Virus record (IMG/VR): IMGVR_UViG_3300028115_001726
Coordinates: 1 to 64,000 of that record
Source of the DNA: a virus
DNA: 64,000 bases
Strand: one strand, 5' to 3'
The notes under the pieces were generated by a model. It saw nothing but the letters and a program-made list of their open reading frames with translations, did not search any database and was not told where the DNA came from. The position numbers were made by a program, and so were the translations under genes. Positions within the stretch are counted from its first letter, which is position 1. Each line of letters opens with the position of its first letter. This document shows positions 40,056 through 50,372 of this stretch, piece by piece.

Positions 40056-41431
40056 CAGACTTTTTAGAATTATTTAATAACAGACTAAAAGCAGAAGCAA
40101 CAGAAACTTTTTGTGCGTTGCCTTGGATACACATGGCCACACGTCCAAATGGAGATATGCGGTTGTGCTGTAGTGCTAACGCCAGCGGAGCAGGCACAGA
40201 TCATACAGTGGGTATTGTAAAAGACGATAGCGGACAGCATATAAACTTTGCGTCAACATCTCCTATGGAAGCATGGAACAGCGAATACATGCGTGGTGTA
40301 AGACGTACCATGATGGATGGTAAAATACCTGCTAGTTGTACAAAGTGTTTTGCTGAAGAATCAAAGGGTGTAGTAAGCAAACGTGTGTGGGAAACAGGAA
40401 CCTGGATGGAACGTGGTCTTGATATACAAGATTTATTAAACGAAACACACAAAGATGGATACTACAAAGAAGAACTACAATATTTAGACCTGCGTCTTGG
40501 GCATACTTGTAATATCAAGTGTGTAATGTGTTCGCCACATGACAGCAGCAAGTGGGTAAAGGACTGGAAAGTATTAGAGCCACAGCTAAAAGATCTAGAA
40601 GTCAAGAGACAGATGCAATGGGATAAATCTGCTTTCAACAACAAGTGGCACGAACAAGAAATATTCTGGGACGATCTATACAAACAAATACCTAATCTAC
40701 GTGAAGTATACTTTGCTGGCGGTGAGCCATTGATGATAAAAGAACACAAAAAGTTTATCGAAGAAATTGTTAGACAAGGCTATCATAAACGTATACGTTT
40801 ACGCTATAATACAAATGGCATATTAGTTGATAAAGATTTAATTAATTTATGGAAACACTTTGAAATAGTAAAAGTAGGTGTTAGTATGGACGCTGCTGGA
40901 CCACGTAACAACTACATACGGTTTCCAACAGACTGGGATACTGTAGAACGTAACTTACACATGTTGGATAATACACCTGACAACATACGGCCAAGTATTG
41001 CCACTGCTATACAAATTTTTAACATTAAACATTTGCCAGACTTTATTCACTGGAAAATATCACAAGATTTTAAAAAAGTAAACACAGAAGAAATTCGTGG
41101 AGTAAAAGTCGGCGGCGGTCTAATCAATATGCACTTATTGTATATTCCAACATTTATGAGTATACAAATATTACCAAAAGAGGACAAAGCAGAAATACGT
41201 GAACTGTTTGGAAAATTCAAAGAATTTTTATATGACAGTTGGACACAGGATCCTAACTTTTGGGAATTAAATCCGTATGGTTGGAGACGTTGGGAAGCAA
41301 TACTAAATCATATGGACGCCGAAGACAAGAGTCATCTGCTTCCGGGATTCAAAGAGTATGTAAACAAACTTGATGCTATTAGAGGAGTAAATGCTAAAGA
41401 TGTATTTCCTGAATTAGCTCACTTGTTATGA
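40052..41431 (+). CDS. Radical SAM enzyme, N-terminal twitch (class A, #6)
   Basis: CNIKCVMC, FAGGEP, YNTNG; N-terminal FCALPWIH.ATR..G...LCC...CTKCF. Confidence 0.9.
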   Translation: MTDFLELFNNRLKAEATETFCALPWIHMATRPNGDMRLCCSANASGAGTDHTVGIVKDDSGQHINFASTSPMEAWNSEYMRGVRRTMMDGKIPASCTKCFAEESKGVVSKRVWETGTWMERGLDIQDLLNETHKDGYYKEELQYLDLRLGHTCNIKCVMCSPHDSSKWVKDWKVLEPQLKDLEVKRQMQWDKSAFNNKWHEQEIFWDDLYKQIPNLREVYFAGGEPLMIKEHKKFIEEIVRQGYHKRIRLRYNTNGILVDKDLINLWKHFEIVKVGVSMDAAGPRNNYIRFPTDWDTVERNLHMLDNTPDNIRPSIATAIQIFNIKHLPDFIHWKISQDFKKVNTEEIRGVKVGGGLINMHLLYIPTFMSIQILPKEDKAEIRELFGKFKEFLYDSWTQDPNFWELNPYGWRRWEAILNHMDAEDKSHLLPGFKEYVNKLDAIRGVNAKDVFPELAHLL

Positions 41432-42336
41432 TATCTATAAAAAATTACGATACAGATTTTGTCATTGAATTAGACTTGGGCAACACTTGTAATTACAAGT
41501 GTAATTATTGTTTTCCAGGTGCTAACGAAGGCACAGTGCGTTGGCCTAATGTAGATAGATTAGAAACAGCACTGCTGAAATATATCAAACAACACGACAG
41601 ACCTACTAGACTGTATTTGATAGGCGGTGAGCCTACACTGTGGAAACACTTGCCAAGGCTGTGTAATACACTTAAAATGGCACACAACATCAAAATATGT
41701 TTAAGTACTAATGCTAGTCAAAGCCTAAATTGGTGGAAAAGGCATTGGCATTGTTTTGATGTGGTCCATATTAGTTTACATCACGAGGCAGGAGATGCTG
41801 CTCATTGTTTAGGTGTTGCCGAACTATTATACGATTATAAAGTTGAAACAAACATTGATGTGTTAATGGATCCTGACCACTTTGGGCGCTGTAAGACGCT
41901 TGTAGACGCTGTAACAGGCGGTTGGAAGCCGTTTCCTGTGCTTGCTAAGACTGTTTTGTATAACGGCGAACACCGCTATAACGAAGAACAACTTGAGTAT
42001 GTGCGTGATCCAATCAAACAATATCCTGATATGGATTGGTATACGGAAGTTCAACGCAAGCCAAGAACTGAATTCAGTATAGACGGCGAAGCACACACAG
42101 ACGACAACTACTTTGTGGTAAACAACCTCAATCACTTTGAGGGTTGGCAGTGTAATTTAGGTGTTGATATTGTTAAAATAGATAGACAGGGCAACGTTGG
42201 CGGCAATTGCGGAACTGACCTTGGTTACAATATATATGATTTACCCGATATTGATATAGCACCTGTAAAATGTAGTAAATACACTTGTCCATGTAGCGGC
42301 GAAACAATAACCACCAAGTGGAGAGCACATGCCTGA
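41428..42336 (+). CDS. Radical SAM enzyme, C-terminal Cys cluster (class B, #7)
   Basis: CNYKCNYC, IGGEP; C-terminal FEGWQCNLG...NCG...CSKYTCPC. Confidence 0.9.
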   Translation: MISIKNYDTDFVIELDLGNTCNYKCNYCFPGANEGTVRWPNVDRLETALLKYIKQHDRPTRLYLIGGEPTLWKHLPRLCNTLKMAHNIKICLSTNASQSLNWWKRHWHCFDVVHISLHHEAGDAAHCLGVAELLYDYKVETNIDVLMDPDHFGRCKTLVDAVTGGWKPFPVLAKTVLYNGEHRYNEEQLEYVRDPIKQYPDMDWYTEVQRKPRTEFSIDGEAHTDDNYFVVNNLNHFEGWQCNLGVDIVKIDRQGNVGGNCGTDLGYNIYDLPDIDIAPVKCSKYTCPCSGETITTKWRAHA

Positions 42337-43384
42337 GTTTGATACACTAATACCACAAGAAGATAGAATATTCCAAATTGCTTGGGAAAGCACATTGAAA
42401 TGTAATCTCGATTGTGCGTATTGTGGAGACGGGCATGACAACAAAACAGAACATCCTAGTTTAGGCGAGTGTAATGAAACTGTAGATTTTATATTTCGCT
42501 ATGTTGATCTCAAGATGTCCGAGCGTCCTGAATCGGCTAGACAAGCCAATTTAAATATACAAGGTGGCGAAAGTTTATTCCATCCTCACATAGTTGATAT
42601 ACTGAAATGGATAAACTTCAAAAGACAAAAATACGATTGGTATATGGGCATAGCATTTATAACAAATGCTGTGGTTGGTGCTAGACAGTGGACTCGTATA
42701 ACTGAGTATGTTGACTACTATACTATTAGCTATCATGCCAGTGCGACACAAAAACAAAAAAATATTGTAAGGAAAAACATACAATATTGTGTAAAAAAAC
42801 AAAAAAACTTTACTGTAAATATTATGATGGATCCAAGACATTGGAACGATTGTGTTGAAATGATTGAATGGTGTAAAAAACACAATATACCTCATCACGC
42901 AAGACAATTGGACCATCATTGGTTAGATATGCGGTGGAACTATTCTGCTAAACAAGCTGAATATCTTTTAGGCAAAAAAATTACATTAAAAGATAAATTA
43001 TCTCACGCTTTTGTAAAAGGATTAAATTTAAGCGCAGAAGGTAGAGCTTGTTGTGGCAACAAAACACTGTGCGCCAGCGGTTGTTATACAAAATATGTTG
43101 ATAATAAATTTAAAAACTGGCATTGTAGTGTAGCAGATCATTTCTTATATATTAGACAAACTACAGGTGAAGTTTTTACTAATAAAGATTGTAAAATGAA
43201 TTACCAAAATTCAATCGGTCCAATTGGGTATTTGTCAGACACTAACAAAATTATAAAAGAAGCACACAATCGTGGTATAGTGTGTAAAAAGTCTAGTTGT
43301 TGGTGTGGTATATGTGCGCCTAAGGCACGAACTAAAGTAAAGTTTGATGCCATGATGGCAGATTTAAACAGTCAAAATCAGTAA
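42329..43384 (+). CDS. Radical SAM enzyme, extended C-terminal Cys cluster (class B', #8)
   Basis: CNLDCAYC, QGGES; RACCG...C...C, FKNWHC...DC...CKKSSCWCGICAPK. Confidence 0.88.
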   Translation: MPEFDTLIPQEDRIFQIAWESTLKCNLDCAYCGDGHDNKTEHPSLGECNETVDFIFRYVDLKMSERPESARQANLNIQGGESLFHPHIVDILKWINFKRQKYDWYMGIAFITNAVVGARQWTRITEYVDYYTISYHASATQKQKNIVRKNIQYCVKKQKNFTVNIMMDPRHWNDCVEMIEWCKKHNIPHHARQLDHHWLDMRWNYSAKQAEYLLGKKITLKDKLSHAFVKGLNLSAEGRACCGNKTLCASGCYTKYVDNKFKNWHCSVADHFLYIRQTTGEVFTNKDCKMNYQNSIGPIGYLSDTNKIIKEAHNRGIVCKKSSCWCGICAPKARTKVKFDAMMADLNSQNQ

Positions 43385-44489
43385 GAACTAAATCCTTAAC
43401 CAATCCTGTTTCGGCACACCAAGGTTGTATACCCTCTGCTGCTCTTTGATCAAATATTACAGTCGCATCACCCAATTCTTGTTGTAAAGCAAGTATCAAT
43501 TTATTTTCTTGCGCAACTCTATAACGCATACTGTACATAGCAGCAGTACCTTCATAACAAAACACATTGCTCATGTCAATTACTGTGCCTTGCGGATTGT
43601 CTTTAGGTATATGCGCTACAAACTGTTCAGGTGTGTTTATAGGATCAACATGTATGCCGCCACCTGCTGCTTCTAGTGCTGCGAGATTGTAATCATAGTA
43701 AATGTGTTCAGCAGCAGGGCCACGTTGTTCTGCGGCAAGTGGATTAGCAGGTGCTACAAGACGCATAATAGGTGTATCATATACTCTTGGATAGTCAGGC
43801 TTTCCTGTTGCTTGTGTATGTACGTGTGTAGTTAAACAGTAATTGTATTTTTGATAGATATAACTGCTGGTTTCTCCGCCTCTGTATTGATAAAACTTGC
43901 CGCCACGTTGATCTTCAGAATATGCTTCAATAGTATAATGATTGTCTAGCAGGGTTTTGATTAAATTCCAACCTGCCTGTTTGTGTTTGTACGTTACTTC
44001 TATTTTACCTGCGCCAATCCATGTAGGCAAATAGTCATCGTGTATGCTACCGTGACTTCGCATTGGTTCAAGTGCCTGGTAATCCGTAAAGAACTGTGGT
44101 TTTCCAAACTCTGGACAGTCTAGATCTATATATGTTTGTAAGTCAATGCTGAAACACTGCGGGTGTATTCCATAATAGGCATCACCTCCGTCCAGTATGT
44201 GACACAGCAAATCATATTCTTCAGGATGTGTCTCAAAAAACTGTGTGCCGTTAATGAATTCTGTGCCAGCACTTATTACCACAGCATGGTCGTATTTAGC
44301 ACAGGCTGATTGTAGTAGTTTGTCTACACTAGCGTCTTCGAACACAGTGTAACCCATGCCAGTTAAGTTACTAATTGTGTAGTCAGCACGATTTACTACT
44401 AGTTGCTTGTCTACAGTGTATTCAGCAACATCGTTTACAATACATACACAAGTATCTTTATCAGTAAATTTGCTTTGATATACGTTCAT
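43332..44489 (-). CDS. Hypothetical protein, 385 aa (possible GT-A-like N-terminus)
   Basis: Long ORF coupled to the upstream oxygenase gene; KYDHAVVISAG...CHILD...HPQCFSIDL. No confident family. Confidence 0.6.
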   Translation of the reverse strand: MNVYQSKFTDKDTCVCIVNDVAEYTVDKQLVVNRADYTISNLTGMGYTVFEDASVDKLLQSACAKYDHAVVISAGTEFINGTQFFETHPEEYDLLCHILDGGDAYYGIHPQCFSIDLQTYIDLDCPEFGKPQFFTDYQALEPMRSHGSIHDDYLPTWIGAGKIEVTYKHKQAGWNLIKTLLDNHYTIEAYSEDQRGGKFYQYRGGETSSYIYQKYNYCLTTHVHTQATGKPDYPRVYDTPIMRLVAPANPLAAEQRGPAAEHIYYDYNLAALEAAGGGIHVDPINTPEQFVAHIPKDNPQGTVIDMSNVFCYEGTAAMYSMRYRVAQENKLILALQQELGDATVIFDQRAAEGIQPWCAETGLVKDLVLTDFDCLNLPSWHQTLL

Positions 44490-45210
44490 GTTGTTTACGA
44501 TAACTATCTACAATTAGTTCACAGTATTCTTTTTTTCTATTGCCTAAATAGCAATGAGCTATTAAATGTATTCTATCTTTTTCACTATTGTTTACTACAC
44601 TATGGTCGTTAAAAATATTACACATTATCATCTTTCCAGACTTAAAGGGTACTACTCCAGAATCTTTGATTGTCATGTGACATTCGTCAGGATGATCAAT
44701 TGCTATGTTTACAGGAATAGGCCAATCAAATAAATTTTCACTTGTAACAAACGGTGAGTAATCATTATGAGGAGATATATATCCACCTGCTTCCAATTTC
44801 ATAAACCTAATTCGGGCATAAGTTTCAGCTGGAAAAACAGACTTAAAAAATAATTTAATTTTTTTTGTTTTATTACCTAAAGATGTCCAGTTATAATTAG
44901 GTTCTTTTTCGTATCCGTAAGTTTGCCAAACATTTGTCTTATCTACATCAATACCATGTAGTACACAACTACTCCAGCCTCGATGTGTTCCTTCGCCTGT
45001 AGATTCATCTCTGTGTGCTACATAATAAGGCTCAGCAAGTTTGCTATCCGATAACCAACCTTTAGTATTAAATAAACAATCTAATTCTAAGTATTGATAT
45101 CCATGTCCACTAATAATCCATTTTGTTTGATCTTCTAAACTGTAATCTGGAAGTGGTTTTGGTTCTAATACAGCATTGCGATGCTGATTATAAAATTTTA
45201 TATGATCCAT
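44461..45210 (-). CDS. 2OG-Fe(II) oxygenase, aspartyl/asparaginyl beta-hydroxylase-like
   Basis: ARIRFMKLEAGGYISPHND (HxD)...NIAI...HSVVNNSEKDRIHLI (distal His plus Arg). Confidence 0.8.
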   Translation of the reverse strand: MDHIKFYNQHRNAVLEPKPLPDYSLEDQTKWIISGHGYQYLELDCLFNTKGWLSDSKLAEPYYVAHRDESTGEGTHRGWSSCVLHGIDVDKTNVWQTYGYEKEPNYNWTSLGNKTKKIKLFFKSVFPAETYARIRFMKLEAGGYISPHNDYSPFVTSENLFDWPIPVNIAIDHPDECHMTIKDSGVVPFKSGKMIMCNIFNDHSVVNNSEKDRIHLIAHCYLGNRKKEYCELIVDSYRKQHERISKQIY

Positions 45211-45214
45211 ATGG

Positions 45215-45244
45215 TATTTATATCATTAACTACGCATATAAATA
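45215..45244. promoter_or_regulatory. Back-to-back TATAAATA late-type promoters, each 4 nt from a start codon
   Basis: Minus TATAAATA-ccat-ATG(45210). Plus TATAAATA-aaaa-GTG(45249). TAACTACGCA lies between them. Confidence 0.7.
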
Positions 45245-45248
45245 AAAA

Positions 45249-46295
45249 GTGTTTAGTTTTACAGATCTCAAAAGCGTCCACATAGAAATATCAAATCGTT
45301 GTCAGGCACAGTGTCCTATGTGTAGCCGTAACCACCATGGCGGAATAGGAAATCCTTTACTTACAGAAAGCGATTGGACTATTGAAGACTTTATACATAT
45401 ATTTACAGAAGAAGTAAAACAACAAATAGAAAAAATAACATTTTGTGGTAATTTTGGCGATCCGTTGCTTAATTTTCATTTAGTAAAAATGCTTGATTAT
45501 GTTAAAAACGACGATATTTATATTGATATACATACTAATGGTAGTTTACGTAATCACACATTTTGGAAAGAATTACCAAACCATTTGCCAGCAGCACACA
45601 AAGTTGTATTTGCGTTAGACGGTTTAGCTGATACACACAGCAGATATCGAATAAACACAGATTTCAATAAAATAATTGACAACGCTCGTTCGTTTATAGC
45701 AGCAGGCGGTACTGCCGAATGGAGTATGATAAGGTTTAAACACAATGCGCATCAAGTATCGGCAGCAAAAGAAGTTTCTAAGTATTATGGATTTAAATAT
45801 TTTACAGTTAAAGATAGCAGCCGTTTTGCTTTTGATGATAAATTTGCGGTATTAAATAAATTTGGTAAAACTGTGGATACATTAGAACCATACCAAGAAG
45901 TAAGTCCTATTTCTCCTGAACTTATACCTACTTTAGTAGATCAAACAATTATTGATTGTTGGGCTAAAAAGCAGTGCGAAGTTTACATTGATGCGCATCT
46001 TGATTTAATGCCTTGCTGTTTCTTAGCCAGTATTCCTTATAATTGGCATAATAAAAAAGATCCATTATACGAAGCTAAAGAGATAACAAAAGCTCAATAT
46101 GAAAACCTTATATTTGATATGGGTAATACAAATTTAAAAAATACTTCGATAAAAAATATTATAAGTAAGCCTGGTTACACAAGTGTATGGAAACGTTACT
46201 GGACTACGCAAAAATTATATACTTGTGCTAGGACTTGCGGAAATTTAGTTGCTACACCTAGCGAACAATTTGTTGAAAAACTTCAAGTGACTTAG
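45249..46295 (+). CDS. Radical SAM enzyme, CGN-GDP type with C-terminal SPASM/twitch-like Cys (class C, #9)
   Basis: CQAQCPMC, FCGNFGDP, HTNG, FALDGL.DT...YR; C-terminal C...PCC...CARTCG. Confidence 0.9.
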   Translation: MFSFTDLKSVHIEISNRCQAQCPMCSRNHHGGIGNPLLTESDWTIEDFIHIFTEEVKQQIEKITFCGNFGDPLLNFHLVKMLDYVKNDDIYIDIHTNGSLRNHTFWKELPNHLPAAHKVVFALDGLADTHSRYRINTDFNKIIDNARSFIAAGGTAEWSMIRFKHNAHQVSAAKEVSKYYGFKYFTVKDSSRFAFDDKFAVLNKFGKTVDTLEPYQEVSPISPELIPTLVDQTIIDCWAKKQCEVYIDAHLDLMPCCFLASIPYNWHNKKDPLYEAKEITKAQYENLIFDMGNTNLKNTSIKNIISKPGYTSVWKRYWTTQKLYTCARTCGNLVATPSEQFVEKLQVT

Positions 46296-47310
46296 CTTTA
46301 GGTACACACATACCGCAACCGCATCTATTGTGTGGACATTTTATTATTCTATCGCGATTTTCATAGGCATAATTTAATATTCCATCAGGATTACTTAAAC
46401 GTCCTATTGGGCCTTTTCGTCCACTAAAACTTGTTTGACAAGTTTGGTGATGATAAACTTTTCCTGTATGTTGATCAATATGTAAAAAATACTTGTTTAC
46501 AGCACAATACCAATCTTTAAAATTAGTGTTCACAGCTTCTACTTTATTCCAGCATCCGTTACAGCTTCCTTGTATACTTCTAGCACCACAACAGCCTCTA
46601 GGCAATTCATATCCTTCTTTTACACGTTCAACTAAATCAATTGACAAACCTTTTTCTTTAAGATACCATTGTTGCTGTTCTATTGTATAAGGATGACTGG
46701 TCCTGCGTTTGACACCTTCAGTATCCTCAAACCAATCTGTAATTCCTACTATCCCGTCGCCTATTATCGTTGGTTTGCTATCAATACCGTGCGCCTTTAA
46801 TTTTTCATGTACTTCTACACATTCATTCCAGTGATCAGCGTGCATCATTACATTTACTGTATTCCAAATACCTGCGTCATGTACTAATATAGCGTTATTT
46901 ACTGTGCGTTCTTTACTAAAAAGTGCTGCTTCGGCATGATAACTTAGTGTTATGCCTACAAAGTTTTGCTTAATAAAATCAATATGCTTTTCTGGCCATG
47001 TGCCGTTGCTGGTCATGCCAACTTGAAACTCAGTTTCATTGTTTATTTTTTCTACAAAGTCCCAAAACTTTGGATTAACTGTTGGTTCCCCTCCGGTAAA
47101 TCCTATATTAGCATTTGGTTGTTTATATAATGATGTGTATTGTTTAACAAATGACAATGTGTCACATAATTCATTCCAACTTGTAGGCGGGCTATAAGTG
47201 TTATGCCTAGTGCTTTCGCAGTAAGTACAATCAAAATTACAACGTCTACCAATATCCCATGTAACCATCATAGGTTCAGGATTGGTTAATTTTATAGCAT
47301 CTACTTCCAT
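46258..47310 (-). CDS. Radical SAM enzyme, extended C-terminal Cys cluster (class B', #10)
   Basis: CNFDCTYC, FTGGEP; RGCCG...C..C, FKDWYC...TC...CPHNRCGCGMCVPK. Closest paralog of #8. Confidence 0.9.
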   Translation of the reverse strand: MEVDAIKLTNPEPMMVTWDIGRRCNFDCTYCESTRHNTYSPPTSWNELCDTLSFVKQYTSLYKQPNANIGFTGGEPTVNPKFWDFVEKINNETEFQVGMTSNGTWPEKHIDFIKQNFVGITLSYHAEAALFSKERTVNNAILVHDAGIWNTVNVMMHADHWNECVEVHEKLKAHGIDSKPTIIGDGIVGITDWFEDTEGVKRRTSHPYTIEQQQWYLKEKGLSIDLVERVKEGYELPRGCCGARSIQGSCNGCWNKVEAVNTNFKDWYCAVNKYFLHIDQHTGKVYHHQTCQTSFSGRKGPIGRLSNPDGILNYAYENRDRIIKCPHNRCGCGMCVPKAKSLEVFQQIVR

Positions 47311-48197
47311 TTAGTTATATTCACATCAGCAGCACATGTACACCAATCTCTAGTACAAATTATAGGAACATCGGGACGTTCAAAACTTCCATTATATATG
47401 TTTCCTAAACTTCCACCAACTCTACATGTAGCTCTATGTACTTCTCCATCCCAATTTATCATTAAACTTTCTATACCAGCTCTACATTGCCATCCCTTAA
47501 ACATATTTAATTTTTCTTTAAGTAAATCGTTTGTGTGCATCAAATCTTTACTGTCAACAAGAGTGTTAGGTTTAGCTGTTGTTTCTGTGCTTTTTATCCA
47601 TTCTAAATCTTTAAGTTCATACCGCATATCGTCAAACCAGTCATGACGTTCGGTCCATCGTATGCGTCTAATACTAAAAGCAATATTATGTTCAGTAAGT
47701 AATCTAGTTGCTAGTTTTACTTCTTTCATTAACTCGTGATGTGCCATTATCATTACATGAAAGTCTTTAGAATGTTTTATACCACCTACTGTGCCAGCAA
47801 AATATAAAATAGTGTCAAGTCTTTTACGCCAGTCTTTATCTTCAATATGTAAGCTGAACACTATGTAATTGACTGGCAGTTGTAAGTAGTATTCTGCTTT
47901 TCTAGTAGCGTTAGTTGTAACACTTAACCAATTAATTTTAGGACGAGCATACTCAATCAAATATTCAAACTGAGGATGAACGCACGGTTCACCACCTGTA
48001 AAACTAATACGTACATTTTTGATTTGAGAAAGTGTATCTACTGTTTCAAACAGTTTACCTATGTTTGTATGAGGACTATGTTGATCATGTATTTCAGGAG
48101 GACAGTATGAACAGTCTAGGTTACAACGTTTACCTAAATTCCACTCAACTTTAACACTATCTCTATAGTGCGGCCACCTATTTTCTACACTAAACAT
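47301..48197 (-). CDS. Radical SAM enzyme, C-terminal Cys cluster (class B, #11)
   Basis: CNLDCSYC, FTGGEP; FKGWQCRAG...ATC...ICTRDWCTCAAD. Confidence 0.9.
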   Translation of the reverse strand: MFSVENRWPHYRDSVKVEWNLGKRCNLDCSYCPPEIHDQHSPHTNIGKLFETVDTLSQIKNVRISFTGGEPCVHPQFEYLIEYARPKINWLSVTTNATRKAEYYLQLPVNYIVFSLHIEDKDWRKRLDTILYFAGTVGGIKHSKDFHVMIMAHHELMKEVKLATRLLTEHNIAFSIRRIRWTERHDWFDDMRYELKDLEWIKSTETTAKPNTLVDSKDLMHTNDLLKEKLNMFKGWQCRAGIESLMINWDGEVHRATCRVGGSLGNIYNGSFERPDVPIICTRDWCTCAADVNITKWK

Positions 48198-49129
48198 TTA
48201 GTAATATTAGTCTCCGGCATACAATTACATTCGCATTGAGTACAAACAACAGGTTGTAACGTAGGATTAAATTTTTTATAAAATGTTTTTTGTCTAAAAT
48301 TATAATTTTTATCTTTGCCAAATAAATGTTGTCCACATGTTCCACTTAATTCACCGTTTGGACTAATGTGTATCCAGTCTAGTCCTAAATTACATTTCCA
48401 TCCTTTGAACTTATTAAGTTTATTTACTAAAATATAATTGTCTGGCACACGTTTTTTGTCTACATATATTTTAGTTGATTTATATTTGTTATTAATAAAA
48501 AACCATAAAGGATTAGCACTACGAGCTTTATGTTTCTTTAAAATAATCTTTTGTTTTTCTGTATATTCTTTATTGCTTAAAATTTCTGAATATCTAATAG
48601 TCCAGCGGTACTTGCTTTTCTTCATTTTTTCAATAGCTAAAATACATTTGTCCCAATCCAAAGGATCCATCATTACACTAGCACTTACAATAACTTTGTT
48701 CTTATACAATAAATCAGCAACATTAATAAACGATTGTAAATTTGCTTGTCTATAATGATAGCTTAGGTGTATTTTGTCAAAATATTTGGCAAATTTATTC
48801 CATAAGTCTAATTTTTTACTGCCATTGCTAGTCATGCTGATTAAACAGTTGTAATTGTCCTTAAGATATTTAATATAATCAAGAAGTTTTGGCCAGTGTG
48901 TTGGTTCACCTCCTACAAAATGAATGTCAAATTTAGTTTTACCTTGATTTTTATACCAATTAAGCAGTCTATCTGTATTTTTAATTAATATATCGTAATT
49001 AAACCATTTGTGATTACCTTCGTGTGCGCCCTTAAAGCAATACCAGCATTGATAATTACAAATATTACCAATACTCATATCTATCATTAACGTATCGTTA
49101 TTGATATTATTTGTAACTTGCGTAATCAT
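48185..49129 (-). CDS. Radical SAM enzyme, C-terminal Cys cluster (class B, #12)
   Basis: CNYQCWYC, VGGEP; FKGWKCNLG...TCG...VCTQCECNC. Closest paralog of #7. Confidence 0.9.
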   Translation of the reverse strand: MITQVTNNINNDTLMIDMSIGNICNYQCWYCFKGAHEGNHKWFNYDILIKNTDRLLNWYKNQGKTKFDIHFVGGEPTHWPKLLDYIKYLKDNYNCLISMTSNGSKKLDLWNKFAKYFDKIHLSYHYRQANLQSFINVADLLYKNKVIVSASVMMDPLDWDKCILAIEKMKKSKYRWTIRYSEILSNKEYTEKQKIILKKHKARSANPLWFFINNKYKSTKIYVDKKRVPDNYILVNKLNKFKGWKCNLGLDWIHISPNGELSGTCGQHLFGKDKNYNFRQKTFYKKFNPTLQPVVCTQCECNCMPETNITKCLV

Positions 49130-50372
49130 CTATCAAACTTTCAAAACTTCTTTGTCCGCGACTCACATCAAGTCTGCGATTGAACTCTAAAGTTTGCGGC
49201 CACTTGTCGCTTAAATCTCTAGCAGTCAAAAAGTTAATATTGTCCTGTATCTGTTGTAGTGTAATAGGCAGTAATCTTTTGTCTACGCTCATAATAGGGT
49301 AGTCAACTACTTGTGCTTTAAGCATCTCTAGTTGCCGTATAATTCTTGTCTTATATTTGTTTGGTAAGCATTGCGCACTTAATACGTTTGGATAGTTTAC
49401 TCTATGCGAGTAAAACACAATGCCCATTTTGTTTAAAAAGTAATCAATTATATCAGATAATTGTAAAGCATTTCCTGCTTGTACTGTACATGCTCCTACA
49501 ACATAATCAACATTAGGAAAACTTTGGAATATTTTTACTGTTTCTTCTACTTGTGTAAAGTCACCGTTGCCTCTTATATGATCGTATACATCGTGTATAC
49601 CGTCTATGCTTACATTAACACTTACTTTCCTAAACTTAGGCCAATAGTCGTGTATTGTCCTTCCGCCTTTTATACCAGTCACTGTGCCGTTTGTAGCATA
49701 TTTTATCTCTATGTTTTTTCCATACGGTGCTAACATATCCAATATACGATAATGTGTAGGGTCCATTAATGGCTCTCCGCCAGCAAACTCTACTCTACGG
49801 AAATAAGGTAATAGTTTTTCAATGTTATTCCAAAAATCTACTTTGTCATTAAATAAATCAATATAAGGAGCTTCAGTAAGTCCTAGTTTTCTTACTGTAT
49901 CGTATAGATAATTTCCTTCATCCTTATAAAAGTTTTCAACTTCTTTCCAGTCTTTCCATTGTGTGCTATCTAAAGGATTACACATGCGGCATTTTAAATT
50001 ACATAAGTTATTAATTTTTATTTCTATTGTAGGAAATTCAAATGGCATACTCCAATCTGTACGTAACGATTCAAGCGCATCAGGATATAAGTTTATTCGT
50101 GCTTCGGGAAAGCTATCACGTATGTGCCTTTGTCTTAAACTCTCGACACCTTGATCCTCTAAGTTAAAACACGGGGCACAAACGTCTGGTCTCTCATTTG
50201 AAAGCACTTGTTTACGTACTTCACGCATTGTACCATTATTCCAAACTTCTTCCAAAGTACTATCTTGTATCCATCCAATAGGTAAACTACGACAACATAC
50301 TTTGATAGCACCATCTTCTCTAGTAGCAAGTCCTGTAAACGGATGTAAGCAAAAAGTTTTACTTGGATGCAT
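49107..50372 (-). CDS. Radical SAM enzyme, N-terminal twitch (class A, #13)
   Basis: CNLKCRMC, FAGGEP, ATNG, SIDG; N-terminal TFCLHPF..LATR..G...VCC...CAPCF. Start set at MHPSKTFC (50372) by analogy with paralogs. Confidence 0.9.
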   Translation of the reverse strand: MHPSKTFCLHPFTGLATREDGAIKVCCRSLPIGWIQDSTLEEVWNNGTMREVRKQVLSNERPDVCAPCFNLEDQGVESLRQRHIRDSFPEARINLYPDALESLRTDWSMPFEFPTIEIKINNLCNLKCRMCNPLDSTQWKDWKEVENFYKDEGNYLYDTVRKLGLTEAPYIDLFNDKVDFWNNIEKLLPYFRRVEFAGGEPLMDPTHYRILDMLAPYGKNIEIKYATNGTVTGIKGGRTIHDYWPKFRKVSVNVSIDGIHDVYDHIRGNGDFTQVEETVKIFQSFPNVDYVVGACTVQAGNALQLSDIIDYFLNKMGIVFYSHRVNYPNVLSAQCLPNKYKTRIIRQLEMLKAQVVDYPIMSVDKRLLPITLQQIQDNINFLTARDLSDKWPQTLEFNRRLDVSRGQRSFESLIDDYASYK

